Virus record (IMG/VR): IMGVR_UViG_3300030019_000001
Strand: one strand, 5' to 3'
DNA length: 64,000 bases
Source of the DNA: a virus
Lineage: Duplodnaviria > Heunggongvirae > Uroviricota > Caudoviricetes
Shown one piece after another: positions 29,075-39,311 of the stretch (positions are counted from its first letter, which is position 1; each line of letters starts with the position of its first letter). Under the pieces are notes generated by a model. That model made no database searches, was not told the DNA's origin, and worked only from the letters and a program-made list of their open reading frames with translations. The position numbers and the translations under genes are program-made.

Positions 29075-29401
29075 ATGACAGTATATAGTTTTGGCGAATA
29101 TTATTCAAAGAAAATTCAATTAGATCGATATTATGATAATATGATGAGAGTTGTTGATGATTATGTAAATACAAATGATGAATTTAGAAAAAATCACGGA
29201 TTTCAAAATTCACCTGATTTTATTATAAAATCAGACAGCATATATAAAAGTTCACTTAAACCAGGCGGTTATAAAATATCTTTTGCCTTGAAAAATTATC
29301 AAAAAGGTACAATATCTATAACAGACGAAGAATATAATGATATAGTTGAATATATGAAAGATACAGAATTGTATAAATCTACAAAAAAATTTAATTTATA
29401 A
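29075..29401 (+). CDS. hypothetical protein
   Basis: 108 aa ORF. Confidence 0.45.
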   Translation: MTVYSFGEYYSKKIQLDRYYDNMMRVVDDYVNTNDEFRKNHGFQNSPDFIIKSDSIYKSSLKPGGYKISFALKNYQKGTISITDEEYNDIVEYMKDTELYKSTKKFNL

Positions 29402-30201
29402 TGAGCAAAATAGTCAAAGATTGGAATTCATTTATTTTAGAGCAACAAAGTGTAGGTAATTCACAATATTCTATATTTGATATTGATGATAATTTGCTTA
29501 TCATGAATACTCCTTTACACTTTCAACATTTTGAAAATGACAAATGGATAAATAAAGACATATCAATACAAGATTTTTCTAAAATACGTGAAAAATATCC
29601 AGATAATTATATAGATAATAATGAATGGAAAGCTGATACTAAATATACTTTTTCAGAATTTGTAGACAGCGGAGCAAGAGGAGATAATTCACTACTTGAT
29701 GATATCAAAAAAGCAATAAAAAATAAAGACTTCGGACCATCATGGAAATCATTACTATCAACTTTAAAAGAAGGAAGATTATTTGCGATTATTACAACAA
29801 GAGGACATGAACCAACTACAATTCGTTCTTCAGTTAGATATATAATTGATAATGTACTAGATTCTGATGATAAAAATATAATGTTGACAAATATTCAAAA
29901 ATATAATCAATTATTTAAATTTGAATCAACTGATCAAATAGAAAATTATTTAGATTGCTGTTATTTTATTGGATTAATGTCTCAAGCATTTAAAGATGAG
30001 TTTTATTTTACACCTACAATGAAAACAAGACAATTAGCTATACAGGATGCTACTAATAAATTTTCAAATTACGTTAAAGATATTTCTCCTGGCACGATAG
30101 ATTCATTTGTTAGTATGGAAAAATCATTAGACTTTCCTGAATTTTATAGCATATCTAATGCAATTAATAGGAACACAGAACAGGTAAAAGTTAAAATATA
30201 A
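29401..30201 (+). CDS. hypothetical protein (weak HAD-like DIDDNL / IITTRG motifs)
   Basis: 266 aa. The motifs are degenerate, so the call is low confidence. Confidence 0.45.
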   Translation: MSKIVKDWNSFILEQQSVGNSQYSIFDIDDNLLIMNTPLHFQHFENDKWINKDISIQDFSKIREKYPDNYIDNNEWKADTKYTFSEFVDSGARGDNSLLDDIKKAIKNKDFGPSWKSLLSTLKEGRLFAIITTRGHEPTTIRSSVRYIIDNVLDSDDKNIMLTNIQKYNQLFKFESTDQIENYLDCCYFIGLMSQAFKDEFYFTPTMKTRQLAIQDATNKFSNYVKDISPGTIDSFVSMEKSLDFPEFYSISNAINRNTEQVKVKI

Positions 30202-30261
30202 TAAATTTCATATATTTCATAAATATATCTTGAATAATTTTTTTATTCAAGATATATTTTT

Positions 30262-30269
30262 TATCTTTG
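30262..30269 (+). promoter_or_regulatory. TAnnTTTG -7-like promoter element
   Basis: ttttttTATCTTTGtact, 42 nt upstream of the ligA ATG. Confidence 0.5.
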
Positions 30270-30303
30270 TACTTCATAAACAAAAAATATAAAACAAAAA
30301 AAT

Positions 30304-32187
30304 ATGGAATTATCAGAAATTTATCGATTATTAGAATACGGTATGTTTGAGTCTGCAGCAGTTGAAGTCAAAAAACTAAATAAGAAATATCGTGACGGAG
30401 AACCTGAAATCAGTGATCCTGAATATGATAAAGTAATTTCTACATTTCAAAAATTAGACCCAGATAATGAAATATTTGAATCTGGCGTTATTGAAGATAG
30501 CGAAGATGTCAATCCAGACAGAAAAGAAAATTTAAAATTTCCAATGTATTCATTGGATAAATATCACACAATTGTAGAAATTCACAAATGGTTGAAAAAT
30601 AAAGGGTTACCATTAGAAACAGAATTGGTTTGTACATCAAAATATGATGGTATGTCAATTCTTAAAGATGAATATAAACAACTTGCTTGGTCAAGAGGAA
30701 ATGGCATCACTGGCGAAACTATGCATTTGCACTACAAAAAGTTGAATGATGATAGTAAAAATATTAATTTGTTTACTATTGGAGAAATGATTTTTCCAAA
30801 ACAAGTTTTTAATAGTAGAGTATTTTATAGAGATAATGGTAAGCCATTTAAGAATGCTCGTAATATGATTGCTGGACTTAAAAATTCTGATACTCCATCC
30901 GAAGATTTGAAATTTGCTAAACATATTCGTTATGGTTATGCAAGCGAAGATTTCACTCAAGATAAATCTGAACAATTAGATTTCATCAGTACTAATTTAT
31001 CTAATGTACCATACAAAATATTCAAAGCAAAAGATTTGAATTTTGATGAGCTAAATGATATTTTTATTGAATGGGGTAAAGATTATGATATTGATGGACT
31101 TGTTTTTGATATAAATGACAAAGACATCAGAAAAAAACTTGGTCGTGAAACTAACAATAATCCATCATACGCAAGAGCATATAAGAATCCTGAATGGGCA
31201 GAATCAGCAGAAACAACCATACTTGAAATTGTAAAAGAAGTTTCGAAAAACGGATTACTTAAGCCAGTTGGGCGAATAATTCCAGTGAATATTGATGGTG
31301 CTACAGTATCACGTGTCACCTTAAATAACTATAAATTTGTAAAAAAACATGATTTAGGAGTTGGAAGTATTGTAAAAATAATTCGGTCAGGTTTGGTAAT
31401 ACCAAAGATTGTTCAAATTGTTTCTGCAACTGGATTTGAAATGCCAACTTTTGGTAGTTCAAAAGTTTTCTGGAATGAAAATGAAGTAGAATTAATGGTT
31501 GAAGGAACTGAAGAACAAGAAATTAAGAAATTGATATCTTTCTTTGAAATACTTGAAGCTGATAATGTATCAGAAGGTATTATCAATCAGTTATATAACT
31601 CTGGATATAAGACTGTTAAACAAATATTGGAATTAACACAATCAGAATTAGAATCATTAGATAGATTTGGTGAGAGAAGGGCTGAAATTATATATAATAG
31701 TATTCAATCTTCTATAAAAAATGTCAAATTATCTAAATTAATGCATTCTTCAAATTTCTTTGTGAATCTTGGTAGTAAAAAAATTGAATTACTAATGCAT
31801 TTTGAAGGTAAACCATCACTTGACGAAATTCTATCAATTAAAGGATTCTCAGATAAATCTGCACATGCATATCTTGATGCTTATGATACATTTTATGAAT
31901 GGTTACAAGATAAACCTCAAATAACAATTGAAACAAAAAAAGAAAATATTATTATGGTAACAAACGAATTAGAAAATGTGTCTTTTTGTTTTACTGGAAT
32001 ACGACGAAAAGATTTAGAAGAAATCATAATTTCAAAATCAGGTAAAGTTGCATCTGGTGTATCTAAAAATTTAACATACTTAGTTATGAAAGATAAAAAT
32101 TCTTTATCAAGCAAGGCAGTTAAAGCAGAAGAGATTGGAGTGAAATTGTTAAGTGTTGAAGATTTAGAAAAAATGTTGAACAATTAA
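30304..32187 (+). CDS. ligA: NAD+-dependent DNA ligase
   Basis: Adenylation KxDG motif (TSKYDGMSI), OB fold, HhH region, and a C-terminal BRCT-like segment (FCFTGIRRKDLEEII...TYLVM). Confidence 0.85.
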   Translation: MELSEIYRLLEYGMFESAAVEVKKLNKKYRDGEPEISDPEYDKVISTFQKLDPDNEIFESGVIEDSEDVNPDRKENLKFPMYSLDKYHTIVEIHKWLKNKGLPLETELVCTSKYDGMSILKDEYKQLAWSRGNGITGETMHLHYKKLNDDSKNINLFTIGEMIFPKQVFNSRVFYRDNGKPFKNARNMIAGLKNSDTPSEDLKFAKHIRYGYASEDFTQDKSEQLDFISTNLSNVPYKIFKAKDLNFDELNDIFIEWGKDYDIDGLVFDINDKDIRKKLGRETNNNPSYARAYKNPEWAESAETTILEIVKEVSKNGLLKPVGRIIPVNIDGATVSRVTLNNYKFVKKHDLGVGSIVKIIRSGLVIPKIVQIVSATGFEMPTFGSSKVFWNENEVELMVEGTEEQEIKKLISFFEILEADNVSEGIINQLYNSGYKTVKQILELTQSELESLDRFGERRAEIIYNSIQSSIKNVKLSKLMHSSNFFVNLGSKKIELLMHFEGKPSLDEILSIKGFSDKSAHAYLDAYDTFYEWLQDKPQITIETKKENIIMVTNELENVSFCFTGIRRKDLEEIIISKSGKVASGVSKNLTYLVMKDKNSLSSKAVKAEEIGVKLLSVEDLEKMLNN

Positions 32188-32239
32188 TTTGGTAATTACA
32201 AATAAATATATTATCTTTATAAGATAAGATTAAATATAA

Positions 32240-32950
32240 ATGACATCATTAGAAGTATATAATATTTTAAGAAATTCAGGAAAATTTCCAAATTTGATTT
32301 TTGGGGAAACAAATTCAAATGTTAGATATTCTTCATTTGCAGAAATAAAATATATTATAAATGAATCAGAATATATTATATCTGTCACTGATGATTATAA
32401 GTTCTCCTTTTTTAACTGTCATCCATTTTCAGATATTAAAGAGTTAGAATTTACTATTATTAATGATTTTTGTGTAGAAAAAAAAATCATATCTAGTTTC
32501 AAAACATTTTTAAAAAAGATTATAAAATTAGATATTTATATACAAAAAAGAGAAATTGATAAAATAGGTATAAAAGATACAATAAATAATTATATTAAAA
32601 AAACATATAATCATTATGATGATTTAAAGTATAATGATTTTTCAGTTAGAGGATTTCATTCTGATTATATAACTATTCAATTTTCATCAAAAAATAGTAT
32701 ATTAAGAATAAATAGCAAAAAAACATATAATGATAAATTATTTGACACATCATTAGAACATTATTCAAGATATAATATTTCAGTATTTTTAAATAATAAT
32801 AATTCAAATATATTATTACAGTTATATTATGATGGAGAGTCAAAAAAATTAGCATTAATTTCAAAAATTGAAACAAACAAGACGTTTAGCAATGATATAA
32901 CTAAAATAATAAGAAAAGAAAAACTTATTAAACTGATGACTGATGACTGA
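32240..32950 (+). CDS. hypothetical protein with IRKEKLIKLMTDD tail
   Basis: 236 aa. A TATCTTTA variant motif sits at 32212. Confidence 0.5.
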   Translation: MTSLEVYNILRNSGKFPNLIFGETNSNVRYSSFAEIKYIINESEYIISVTDDYKFSFFNCHPFSDIKELEFTIINDFCVEKKIISSFKTFLKKIIKLDIYIQKREIDKIGIKDTINNYIKKTYNHYDDLKYNDFSVRGFHSDYITIQFSSKNSILRINSKKTYNDKLFDTSLEHYSRYNISVFLNNNNSNILLQLYYDGESKKLALISKIETNKTFSNDITKIIRKEKLIKLMTDD

Positions 32951-33491
32951 CACAGAGACTATAAAAAAAATAGAAGAATATATATTCAAAAAGAATTTTG
33001 ATGTTGAATTTGTAGGTTGTCATGAAAAAAAAATATCATTTTTTTATAATTCAAATAACTTAGATTATATTATTAATATTTTAATTGAAAAAAAAAATAA
33101 TCAATCAGTAGTAAAATATTATTCAAATCGTGATATTCCAAATATCAAAAGATTAAAAACATCAATATCAAGTAAAAATTATTTACGCAGTATTTATAAA
33201 AATTTGAATTATATAAAACACGAACTGAATATTATTTCAACTTTGGAAAAAGAAATATGTGACAACAATAAAAAATATTGTACTGAATTAGAAAGTCATT
33301 ATAAGAGAATTCACAATTATATTAGAATTGACGCTATTTTCACTATTGATGATATTGTTGTAATTGCAATAATTGGATATGATGATAATAAAACAACCAA
33401 TTATAATATAACTTATACAAAAAATAAATATTATATTAATTCAATAGAAGAAAAATATACACCAAATATAATAATAAACGTAGACATATGA
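32943..33491 (+). CDS. hypothetical protein
   Basis: 182 aa ORF. Confidence 0.45.
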   Translation: MTDTETIKKIEEYIFKKNFDVEFVGCHEKKISFFYNSNNLDYIINILIEKKNNQSVVKYYSNRDIPNIKRLKTSISSKNYLRSIYKNLNYIKHELNIISTLEKEICDNNKKYCTELESHYKRIHNYIRIDAIFTIDDIVVIAIIGYDDNKTTNYNITYTKNKYYINSIEEKYTPNIIINVDI

Positions 33492-33736
33492 AAGCATTAC
33501 ACATCACACCAGAAACTAATGGTTACGAAGAAATTGAACTTATTGCAAATAGGGTATCAAGAACAAATGGATTAGCTGTAATTGAGAAAAATGGAGAACA
33601 GTTTATAACTGGTGGATTTTTAATTCAAGATACACCAGAGATTAGAATTATATTGGATAATACACCAAAAAATAAACAATATGATTTAATAAAATCAATA
33701 AAGAATGACCCATTTGCTGCATTCTATTATGAATAA
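33488..33736 (+). CDS. hypothetical protein
   Basis: 82 aa ORF. Confidence 0.4.
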   Translation: MKALHITPETNGYEEIELIANRVSRTNGLAVIEKNGEQFITGGFLIQDTPEIRIILDNTPKNKQYDLIKSIKNDPFAAFYYE

Positions 33737-33741
33737 TAATT

Positions 33742-34056
33742 ATGAAATTTAACGATAAAAAATACTCACATTTAGAAGATGTTGATGGTAATAAAAAATA
33801 TAATATTAATTTTTATCCATATCAATTAGGATTTGATAGTTCTTATGATGATATTTTATTAGAATTAACAATAAATTTTGATAATACAATGGATTTAGAT
33901 TTTGACAATAACACATTGATGGAATTTAATAATACAACAAATAATAATTTTCCAATTTGTAAAACAAAGCAAGATAGTATGTTGAAAATATTCAAAAGAC
34001 AATTATTGAAGCATCCTTACCCAAATGATGAATTAACTCTAATATTCAATAAATAA
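33742..34056 (+). CDS. hypothetical protein
   Basis: 104 aa ORF. Confidence 0.4.
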   Translation: MKFNDKKYSHLEDVDGNKKYNINFYPYQLGFDSSYDDILLELTINFDNTMDLDFDNNTLMEFNNTTNNNFPICKTKQDSMLKIFKRQLLKHPYPNDELTLIFNK

Positions 34057-34103
34057 TATAAACTTATTTATTTTATTATAGTATATAAGAAAAAATTAAA
34101 TCT

Positions 34104-34307
34104 ATGAATTATAATATAATTGTAAATCTTGAAGATAATACAGTAATTACTATACCTGCAGAATATGAGAATGAATATAGTTTAAAACAAAATGTAACAG
34201 CAATAGGAAATAATGGTGTTTGGCAACACATAGGAGAGAATTATACATTCACTCCTTCACATAAGATAAGAAATATTTATGTATTAGAAGATAATAAAAT
34301 AAAATAA
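34104..34307 (+). CDS. hypothetical protein
   Basis: 67 aa ORF. Confidence 0.35.
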   Translation: MNYNIIVNLEDNTVITIPAEYENEYSLKQNVTAIGNNGVWQHIGENYTFTPSHKIRNIYVLEDNKIK

Positions 34308-34322
34308 AAACAAAAACAAAAT

Positions 34323-34565
34323 ATGAAAATAAAAGAATACAAAATTCAATTGACATTATCAATAGAATCAGAAGAAGCTGATTATGAGAGAGTAGAACAA
34401 TTTGCACAAGAACTGGCAGAGAGTCTTATTCAAGATAATCCCGTACCATATGATGATATTGAAATAGTAGAGGTGGTAGCAAATGACATTCAAGATCTTA
34501 ATGATTATGATGATTTTAGAAACTTAGATAAAGATGGAGCAGAAATTGAGGAAGAAGAATATTAA
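34323..34565 (+). CDS. acidic small protein
   Basis: 80 aa, D/E-rich. Confidence 0.4.
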   Translation: MKIKEYKIQLTLSIESEEADYERVEQFAQELAESLIQDNPVPYDDIEIVEVVANDIQDLNDYDDFRNLDKDGAEIEEEEY

Positions 34566-34618
34566 TTAAATTATAATATTAAAATTAAACAACAAACAAA
34601 TTAATTAAATAAAAAATT

Positions 34619-34963
34619 ATGAATATTACAGAAAAATTGTCAGAAATGGTTAATCCATCAACTGAAGAACAGAAAACATTTCTAAATGAGGTTAAAGAAA
34701 TTAAAATCTTTGATCTTAATGAGACTGAAAAGTTAGCTTTACTTGATTTTATTTGCGAAAAAGCTGATCAAGATTTAGCTATTGACTATCTTTATCATGT
34801 ATTAGATAATGAAATTTCATATCCAATTGATGATGAAAAAGTGAAATCACTTTTTGCTGACGAAAGGATGCAAAAAATGAAAGATTTGATGATAGCACAA
34901 CTCAATGATGATGAAGAAAATTCTGATGATTCAATTAGCACAGATGAACCAGTAGAAGATTAA
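34619..34963 (+). CDS. acidic hypothetical protein
   Basis: 114 aa ORF. Confidence 0.45.
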   Translation: MNITEKLSEMVNPSTEEQKTFLNEVKEIKIFDLNETEKLALLDFICEKADQDLAIDYLYHVLDNEISYPIDDEKVKSLFADERMQKMKDLMIAQLNDDEENSDDSISTDEPVED

Positions 34964-34978
34964 ATCTGAATCAACTTT

Positions 34979-35040
34979 ATAATAAACCTATAATCGTACA
35001 ATAAATCATATCAGTTTATTATTCAATTATAGGTTTATTT
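34979..35040. repeat. long inverted repeat (14-15 bp arms, ~30 nt spacer)
   Basis: ataataaacctataat ... attataggtttatt, sited between the end of the 34619..34963 ORF and the clpP promoter motif. Confidence 0.5.
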
Positions 35041-35085
35041 ATATAAATAATAATGATTTTCCTTTGGTAAATCAAAAAATTTCCT

Positions 35086-35093
35086 TATCTTTG
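35086..35093 (+). promoter_or_regulatory. TAnnTTTG -7-like promoter element
   Basis: ttccTTATCTTTGcatt, 45 nt upstream of the clpP ATG. Confidence 0.5.
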
Positions 35094-35130
35094 CATTCAA
35101 TCAATCAATTAATAATTAAAATATTAAATT

Positions 35131-35886
35131 ATGCACAAAAATGAATTTAAAAAGTTTGCTACCAAACATTTAGGAATGAGTTCTACATTAGTAGATGATG
35201 CAACAAAATATCAAGCTGAAAATTATGGCTTATCTCCTCATGTTTTAGAAGAACGACAATTGAATGTAACTCAACTATCTGTGTTTGATAGACTTATGAT
35301 GGATAGAATTTTATGGGTGTCTGGTGACGTTGATGATACAATGTCTGATATTATTCAAGCACAATTATTATATTTAGAAGATTCTGATCCTCAAAAGGAC
35401 ATTACAATGCAAATTAATACAGGAGGCGGTAGTGTGACTCATGGGTTAGGAATCATAGATGTTATGAACTATATTAAACCTAATGTAGCCACAGTCAATT
35501 TAGGAATGTGCGCTTCAATGGGTAGTGTACTTCTATCATCTGGAGCAAAAGGTAAGCGTTCATCATTAATTAATTCAACAGTTATGCTACATCACGTTGC
35601 AGCAGGAACTAGTGGCAAAGTAGATGATACTCGTATTAGTCAAATGGAAACTGAAAAATACAATTTTTTACTATTCAAAATTCTTGCTCTTAATACTGAC
35701 AAGTCATTTGAAGAAATTCATGATTTTTGTCAAAGAGATATGTGGTTAAATTCTGATGAAGCTTTGAATTATGGTTTGATAGATAATGTCATTGGATTAG
35801 CTGATAATAAATCCAATTCAATTACAACTATGATGGATGGTTTTGATGAATATTATATGAAATATGTATTTAAACAAGTAAAATAA
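35131..35886 (+). CDS. clpP: ATP-dependent Clp protease proteolytic subunit
   Basis: DRLMMDRILWVSGDVDD...INTGGGSVTHGLGIIDVMNYIKPNVATVNLGMCASMGSVLL (catalytic Ser), MLHHVAAG (His) and the conserved C-terminal region align across the ClpP core. Confidence 0.85.
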   Translation: MHKNEFKKFATKHLGMSSTLVDDATKYQAENYGLSPHVLEERQLNVTQLSVFDRLMMDRILWVSGDVDDTMSDIIQAQLLYLEDSDPQKDITMQINTGGGSVTHGLGIIDVMNYIKPNVATVNLGMCASMGSVLLSSGAKGKRSSLINSTVMLHHVAAGTSGKVDDTRISQMETEKYNFLLFKILALNTDKSFEEIHDFCQRDMWLNSDEALNYGLIDNVIGLADNKSNSITTMMDGFDEYYMKYVFKQVK

Positions 35887-35887
35887 T

Positions 35888-36406
35888 ATGACTGAAAATT
35901 TAGATAGCTATTTAGTTGAAAAATATCCTAAAATTTTTGTAAATCGGTATGAAAATATGACCAAGACTGCAATGTGTTGGGGGTTTGAACATGGTGATGG
36001 ATGGTTTTGGTTATTAGATCAACTATGCTATTCTATTCAAAGTTATATAGATACTAATAATAAGTTTTTATCTGATGATGAAAAAATTCCGCAAGTTGTA
36101 GCATCACAAGTAAAAGAAAAATTTGGAATTCTTTGTTTCTATTATTATGGAGGCAATTCACAGATTGATGGTATGATAAGTATGACAGAAAATATGTCTG
36201 GTAGTGTTTGTGAGTTTTGTGGTTCTACTGAAGATATTGGTTCAACAAAAGGTTGGATTTCTATTATATGCAAATCATGCTATGACAATTCAGGAGATAA
36301 TATTAAAAATAGAGTTTGGACTGAACGTAAAAACAATCTTTCATATAGTGATACTATAAAAGAAGTCAGAAAAATTAAACTTGATAAATTAAATAGAGAT
36401 TTATAA
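35888..36406 (+). CDS. Cys-rich hypothetical protein with RKIKLDKLNRDL tail
   Basis: CEFCG...CKSCY, plus the C-terminal tail family. Confidence 0.5.
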   Translation: MTENLDSYLVEKYPKIFVNRYENMTKTAMCWGFEHGDGWFWLLDQLCYSIQSYIDTNNKFLSDDEKIPQVVASQVKEKFGILCFYYYGGNSQIDGMISMTENMSGSVCEFCGSTEDIGSTKGWISIICKSCYDNSGDNIKNRVWTERKNNLSYSDTIKEVRKIKLDKLNRDL

Positions 36407-36433
36407 TAAAAAATATATTAAATAGAGATTTAT

Positions 36434-36470
36434 AAAAAAATAGTTAGATTTTTATCTAACTATTTTTTTA
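36434..36470 (+). terminator. intrinsic terminator
   Basis: atagttagattt-tt-atctaactat followed by ttttttt. Confidence 0.7.
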
Positions 36471-36511
36471 TGTGAAATATATTCCTTATATTCGTTATTC
36501 AACAATTAAAT

Positions 36512-37006
36512 ATGGTATATAAAGATTTAATAAATAATATAAAAAGATATGAAGGACAAAAAATAACATTCATAATGGATTCAAATGCTAATAATAAATG
36601 GTTCTTGATGATGATCAAAGAAGATTTATTAAAAATGAAATATAAAATAAAAACTATAAATTATATTAGTAGTTTTGAAAAATTACAAAGTATAACAAAC
36701 CAAATACGTGAAAAAACTGTTATTTTTATTGAGGATATGACAAAATCTATTTTTGATTATTCTTTTGTAGATTCTAATTCAAATTGTACTGTTATTTTTT
36801 TGTGTAAATATTTCAAAAACGATAATTCATTTAATATATTTAACGGCATATCAAACCAAAGATTAATATTTATTTCATCTTTTATAGTTTCAGTAATATC
36901 AGATAAAGTAGCAATAGAAAAATCAAGAGTTGAAAGAATTGATTATGATAATTATTTTTATACCTATACGTCATTAAGAAAATTTAAATTAAAAATTATA
37001 AAATAG
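36512..37006 (+). CDS. hypothetical protein (..LRKFKLKIIK tail)
   Basis: 164 aa ORF. Confidence 0.45.
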   Translation: MVYKDLINNIKRYEGQKITFIMDSNANNKWFLMMIKEDLLKMKYKIKTINYISSFEKLQSITNQIREKTVIFIEDMTKSIFDYSFVDSNSNCTVIFLCKYFKNDNSFNIFNGISNQRLIFISSFIVSVISDKVAIEKSRVERIDYDNYFYTYTSLRKFKLKIIK

Positions 37007-37019
37007 AAAATAATATAAT

Positions 37020-37409
37020 ATGAAAAATGTAAAAGAATTTGTAGAACAATTAGTTAAAATTGAATTAATTGAAAGTGAAGATTGTTATGGACATTATCCA
37101 TTTCAATTATTTGTAGAAACAAATGATGGTAAATTCGAAATGAATTCATTAGCATTGGGAGGTGATGTTGAATCATGCTATAAAATGGCAAAACAATATT
37201 TAGATGACGGAGCTAAGAAAATTTTCATGTCATTGGATTTTCCTGCATCACTAGACATTGAAAATGATTTTGTGTGTATTTATTCAATTGTTGATGAAGT
37301 TTTTGATGTATATGCAATACCATATAACACAGAAACTGGACATATATATGACGAGATTCACAGTGGTGAAATGATAGATAAAATACTGGAAGATTTTAAA
37401 AGTATATAA
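37020..37409 (+). CDS. hypothetical protein
   Basis: 129 aa ORF. Confidence 0.45.
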   Translation: MKNVKEFVEQLVKIELIESEDCYGHYPFQLFVETNDGKFEMNSLALGGDVESCYKMAKQYLDDGAKKIFMSLDFPASLDIENDFVCIYSIVDEVFDVYAIPYNTETGHIYDEIHSGEMIDKILEDFKSI

Positions 37410-37429
37410 TCAAATAAAAATACCTGAAA

Positions 37430-38221
37430 CTATAATATTTCAGGTATTTCTCTTTTTAGTACATTATATATGTGATAATGCTTAATTCTCATCATAGCAA
37501 TTGTTTTTAATTCTTTTTTCCAATTTGTAGTTGATAGAACTTCAATTATTCTGCTTTTTAATTTTTCATTATGTATAAAAATTTTATATTCTCCAGCATA
37601 TCTCTTATCATCTTTTGTTAATATCCTTCCTGCACATCCTGACCCCCAATAAACCATTCTCAAATCAAAATTGTCAATATCATTATATCCTTTGTATGTC
37701 TCTCTAAATATAGTCAAATCTTTCATTTTAAAATCAGGCTTCGAATTTAATCCAATATCAGGTCTTTTATAAATATTTAAAACACAATGAATTTTTCTAT
37801 CTGTATAATATTGTAAACCTAAATCTTCACTATACACCAAATTAAATTCATATAAACTTGCCACATTATCTAATTGAGAAATTGGTAATATGAAAGATAT
37901 ATAATCACCAATCTCAATTGATTTTTTGAAAAATTTAATTACCAAGTGCATCTTAGTACCATACGGAGGATTTCCTATAATCAATCTGCCTTTCTTATAT
38001 GGTATGTTTAATTGTAAATAATCTTGTTTAATGATATTTTCAGATTCTGGTTCAATATCATATGATGTACATATTAATTGATTTGAAAATGACCCGTTAC
38101 CAGCACTTGGCTCAATAATATCTGTAATATTCTGATTATCAATAATTTCTAAAGTTTTGTCTATACAATATTTAGAAATTTCTATTGGTGTGTAATACTT
38201 ATCATTTTCTATTTTAGCCAT
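37430..38221 (-). CDS. N6-adenine DNA methyltransferase (gamma-class motif order)
   Basis: Motif I IIEPSAGNGSF sits upstream of motif IV IIGNPPYG. Confidence 0.7.
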   Translation of the reverse strand: MAKIENDKYYTPIEISKYCIDKTLEIIDNQNITDIIEPSAGNGSFSNQLICTSYDIEPESENIIKQDYLQLNIPYKKGRLIIGNPPYGTKMHLVIKFFKKSIEIGDYISFILPISQLDNVASLYEFNLVYSEDLGLQYYTDRKIHCVLNIYKRPDIGLNSKPDFKMKDLTIFRETYKGYNDIDNFDLRMVYWGSGCAGRILTKDDKRYAGEYKIFIHNEKLKSRIIEVLSTTNWKKELKTIAMMRIKHYHIYNVLKREIPEIL

Positions 38222-38351
38222 TTAATATGTTTATTTTGTTTATTATATAAAATAATCATAAATAAGTTTGGTAAATTCAAATAAACGAAGTATCTTTGTA
38301 TCTCAATTAAAAACAAAATTAATTATTATTAAAAACAAAAACAAAAAAAGT

Positions 38352-39311
38352 ATGAAAAAACAATTGATTTTAGTATGTGTGCTCGTAGTAGCATTGATGT
38401 CATCTTGTATGAAACCTTATCAGGTACAAAAGTACCAAGAGATTAAACCTAATGAATCTGTTTATGTGATCCCATTGGAAAATGGCACACAAGTCAATCA
38501 AACTAAATTGAAATCACAAGCTTATCTTGAACAAAACAAAGTAATTGCAAAACGTATTTACATTCCAACTCAATGGCACAAAACAGGCAGGATGTCAAAT
38601 AGTGGTGAATGGATTCCATCAGTTAGAGTTATTACTGTTGACCGTACTCCTGTTACACGTGAATGGAATGGTTCAGGAAGTGGTTCAAATAAAACATCAA
38701 ATGAAGCAATTGAAGTAGAGTCAAAAGAATCAATTGGATTTTCAGTTTGTATAACAGCAACAGCTTCAATTCCAGATGATTGGACATCACTATTTTTATA
38801 TTCATATAGTGGAAGAACGTTAGCAGATTTGATGGATACTGATGTTAGGGGATACGTCCAAAAATGTTTAACTACCCAATTTGGTGATAGAAATTTAACA
38901 CAAGGACAGAATGATAGAAGTGCTATTTTCTCTCAAATGTCAAAAGACGTAACAGAACATTTTGCATTATATGGTATAAAAATTATGAACATTGGTTCTG
39001 CTGGACAATTTACATATTCTAATCCTAGTATTCAAAGTGCAATAAATGAAAAATATTCGTCTGAAATGAATATTAAAACTGCTGAGAATAAGGTAATTGC
39101 AGCTAATAAATTTGCCAAAGCAAAAGCTTCCATTGAAGCACAGAGTCACCTTGATGCAGATATCGCAATAAAATTAGCATTTGCTGAAGCAGTAAAAAAT
39201 GGTAAGCTTCAAGTACCTGATAATCTTACTATTGCAGGTGGAAATTTTTCAATGCTTGAATTATATGGCTTGAAAAGTATGAACACTAGCACAACAAAAG
39301 CAAAACGATAA
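38352..39311 (+). CDS. lipoprotein, possibly SPFH/band-7-like
   Basis: Signal peptide plus lipobox MKKQLILVCVLVVALMSSC. The C-terminal half carries an alanine/lysine-rich helical region of band-7 type. The annotated upstream extension (38268) is unlikely to be real. Confidence 0.5.
   Translation: MKKQLILVCVLVVALMSSCMKPYQVQKYQEIKPNESVYVIPLENGTQVNQTKLKSQAYLEQNKVIAKRIYIPTQWHKTGRMSNSGEWIPSVRVITVDRTPVTREWNGSGSGSNKTSNEAIEVESKESIGFSVCITATASIPDDWTSLFLYSYSGRTLADLMDTDVRGYVQKCLTTQFGDRNLTQGQNDRSAIFSQMSKDVTEHFALYGIKIMNIGSAGQFTYSNPSIQSAINEKYSSEMNIKTAENKVIAANKFAKAKASIEAQSHLDADIAIKLAFAEAVKNGKLQVPDNLTIAGGNFSMLELYGLKSMNTSTTKAKR

Noticed and set aside
38268-38351. N-terminal extension of the lipoprotein ORF.
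   Set aside because: The lipoprotein signal peptide begins at the internal Met (38352). The extension is K/N-rich, low-complexity read-through of the upstream A-rich region.
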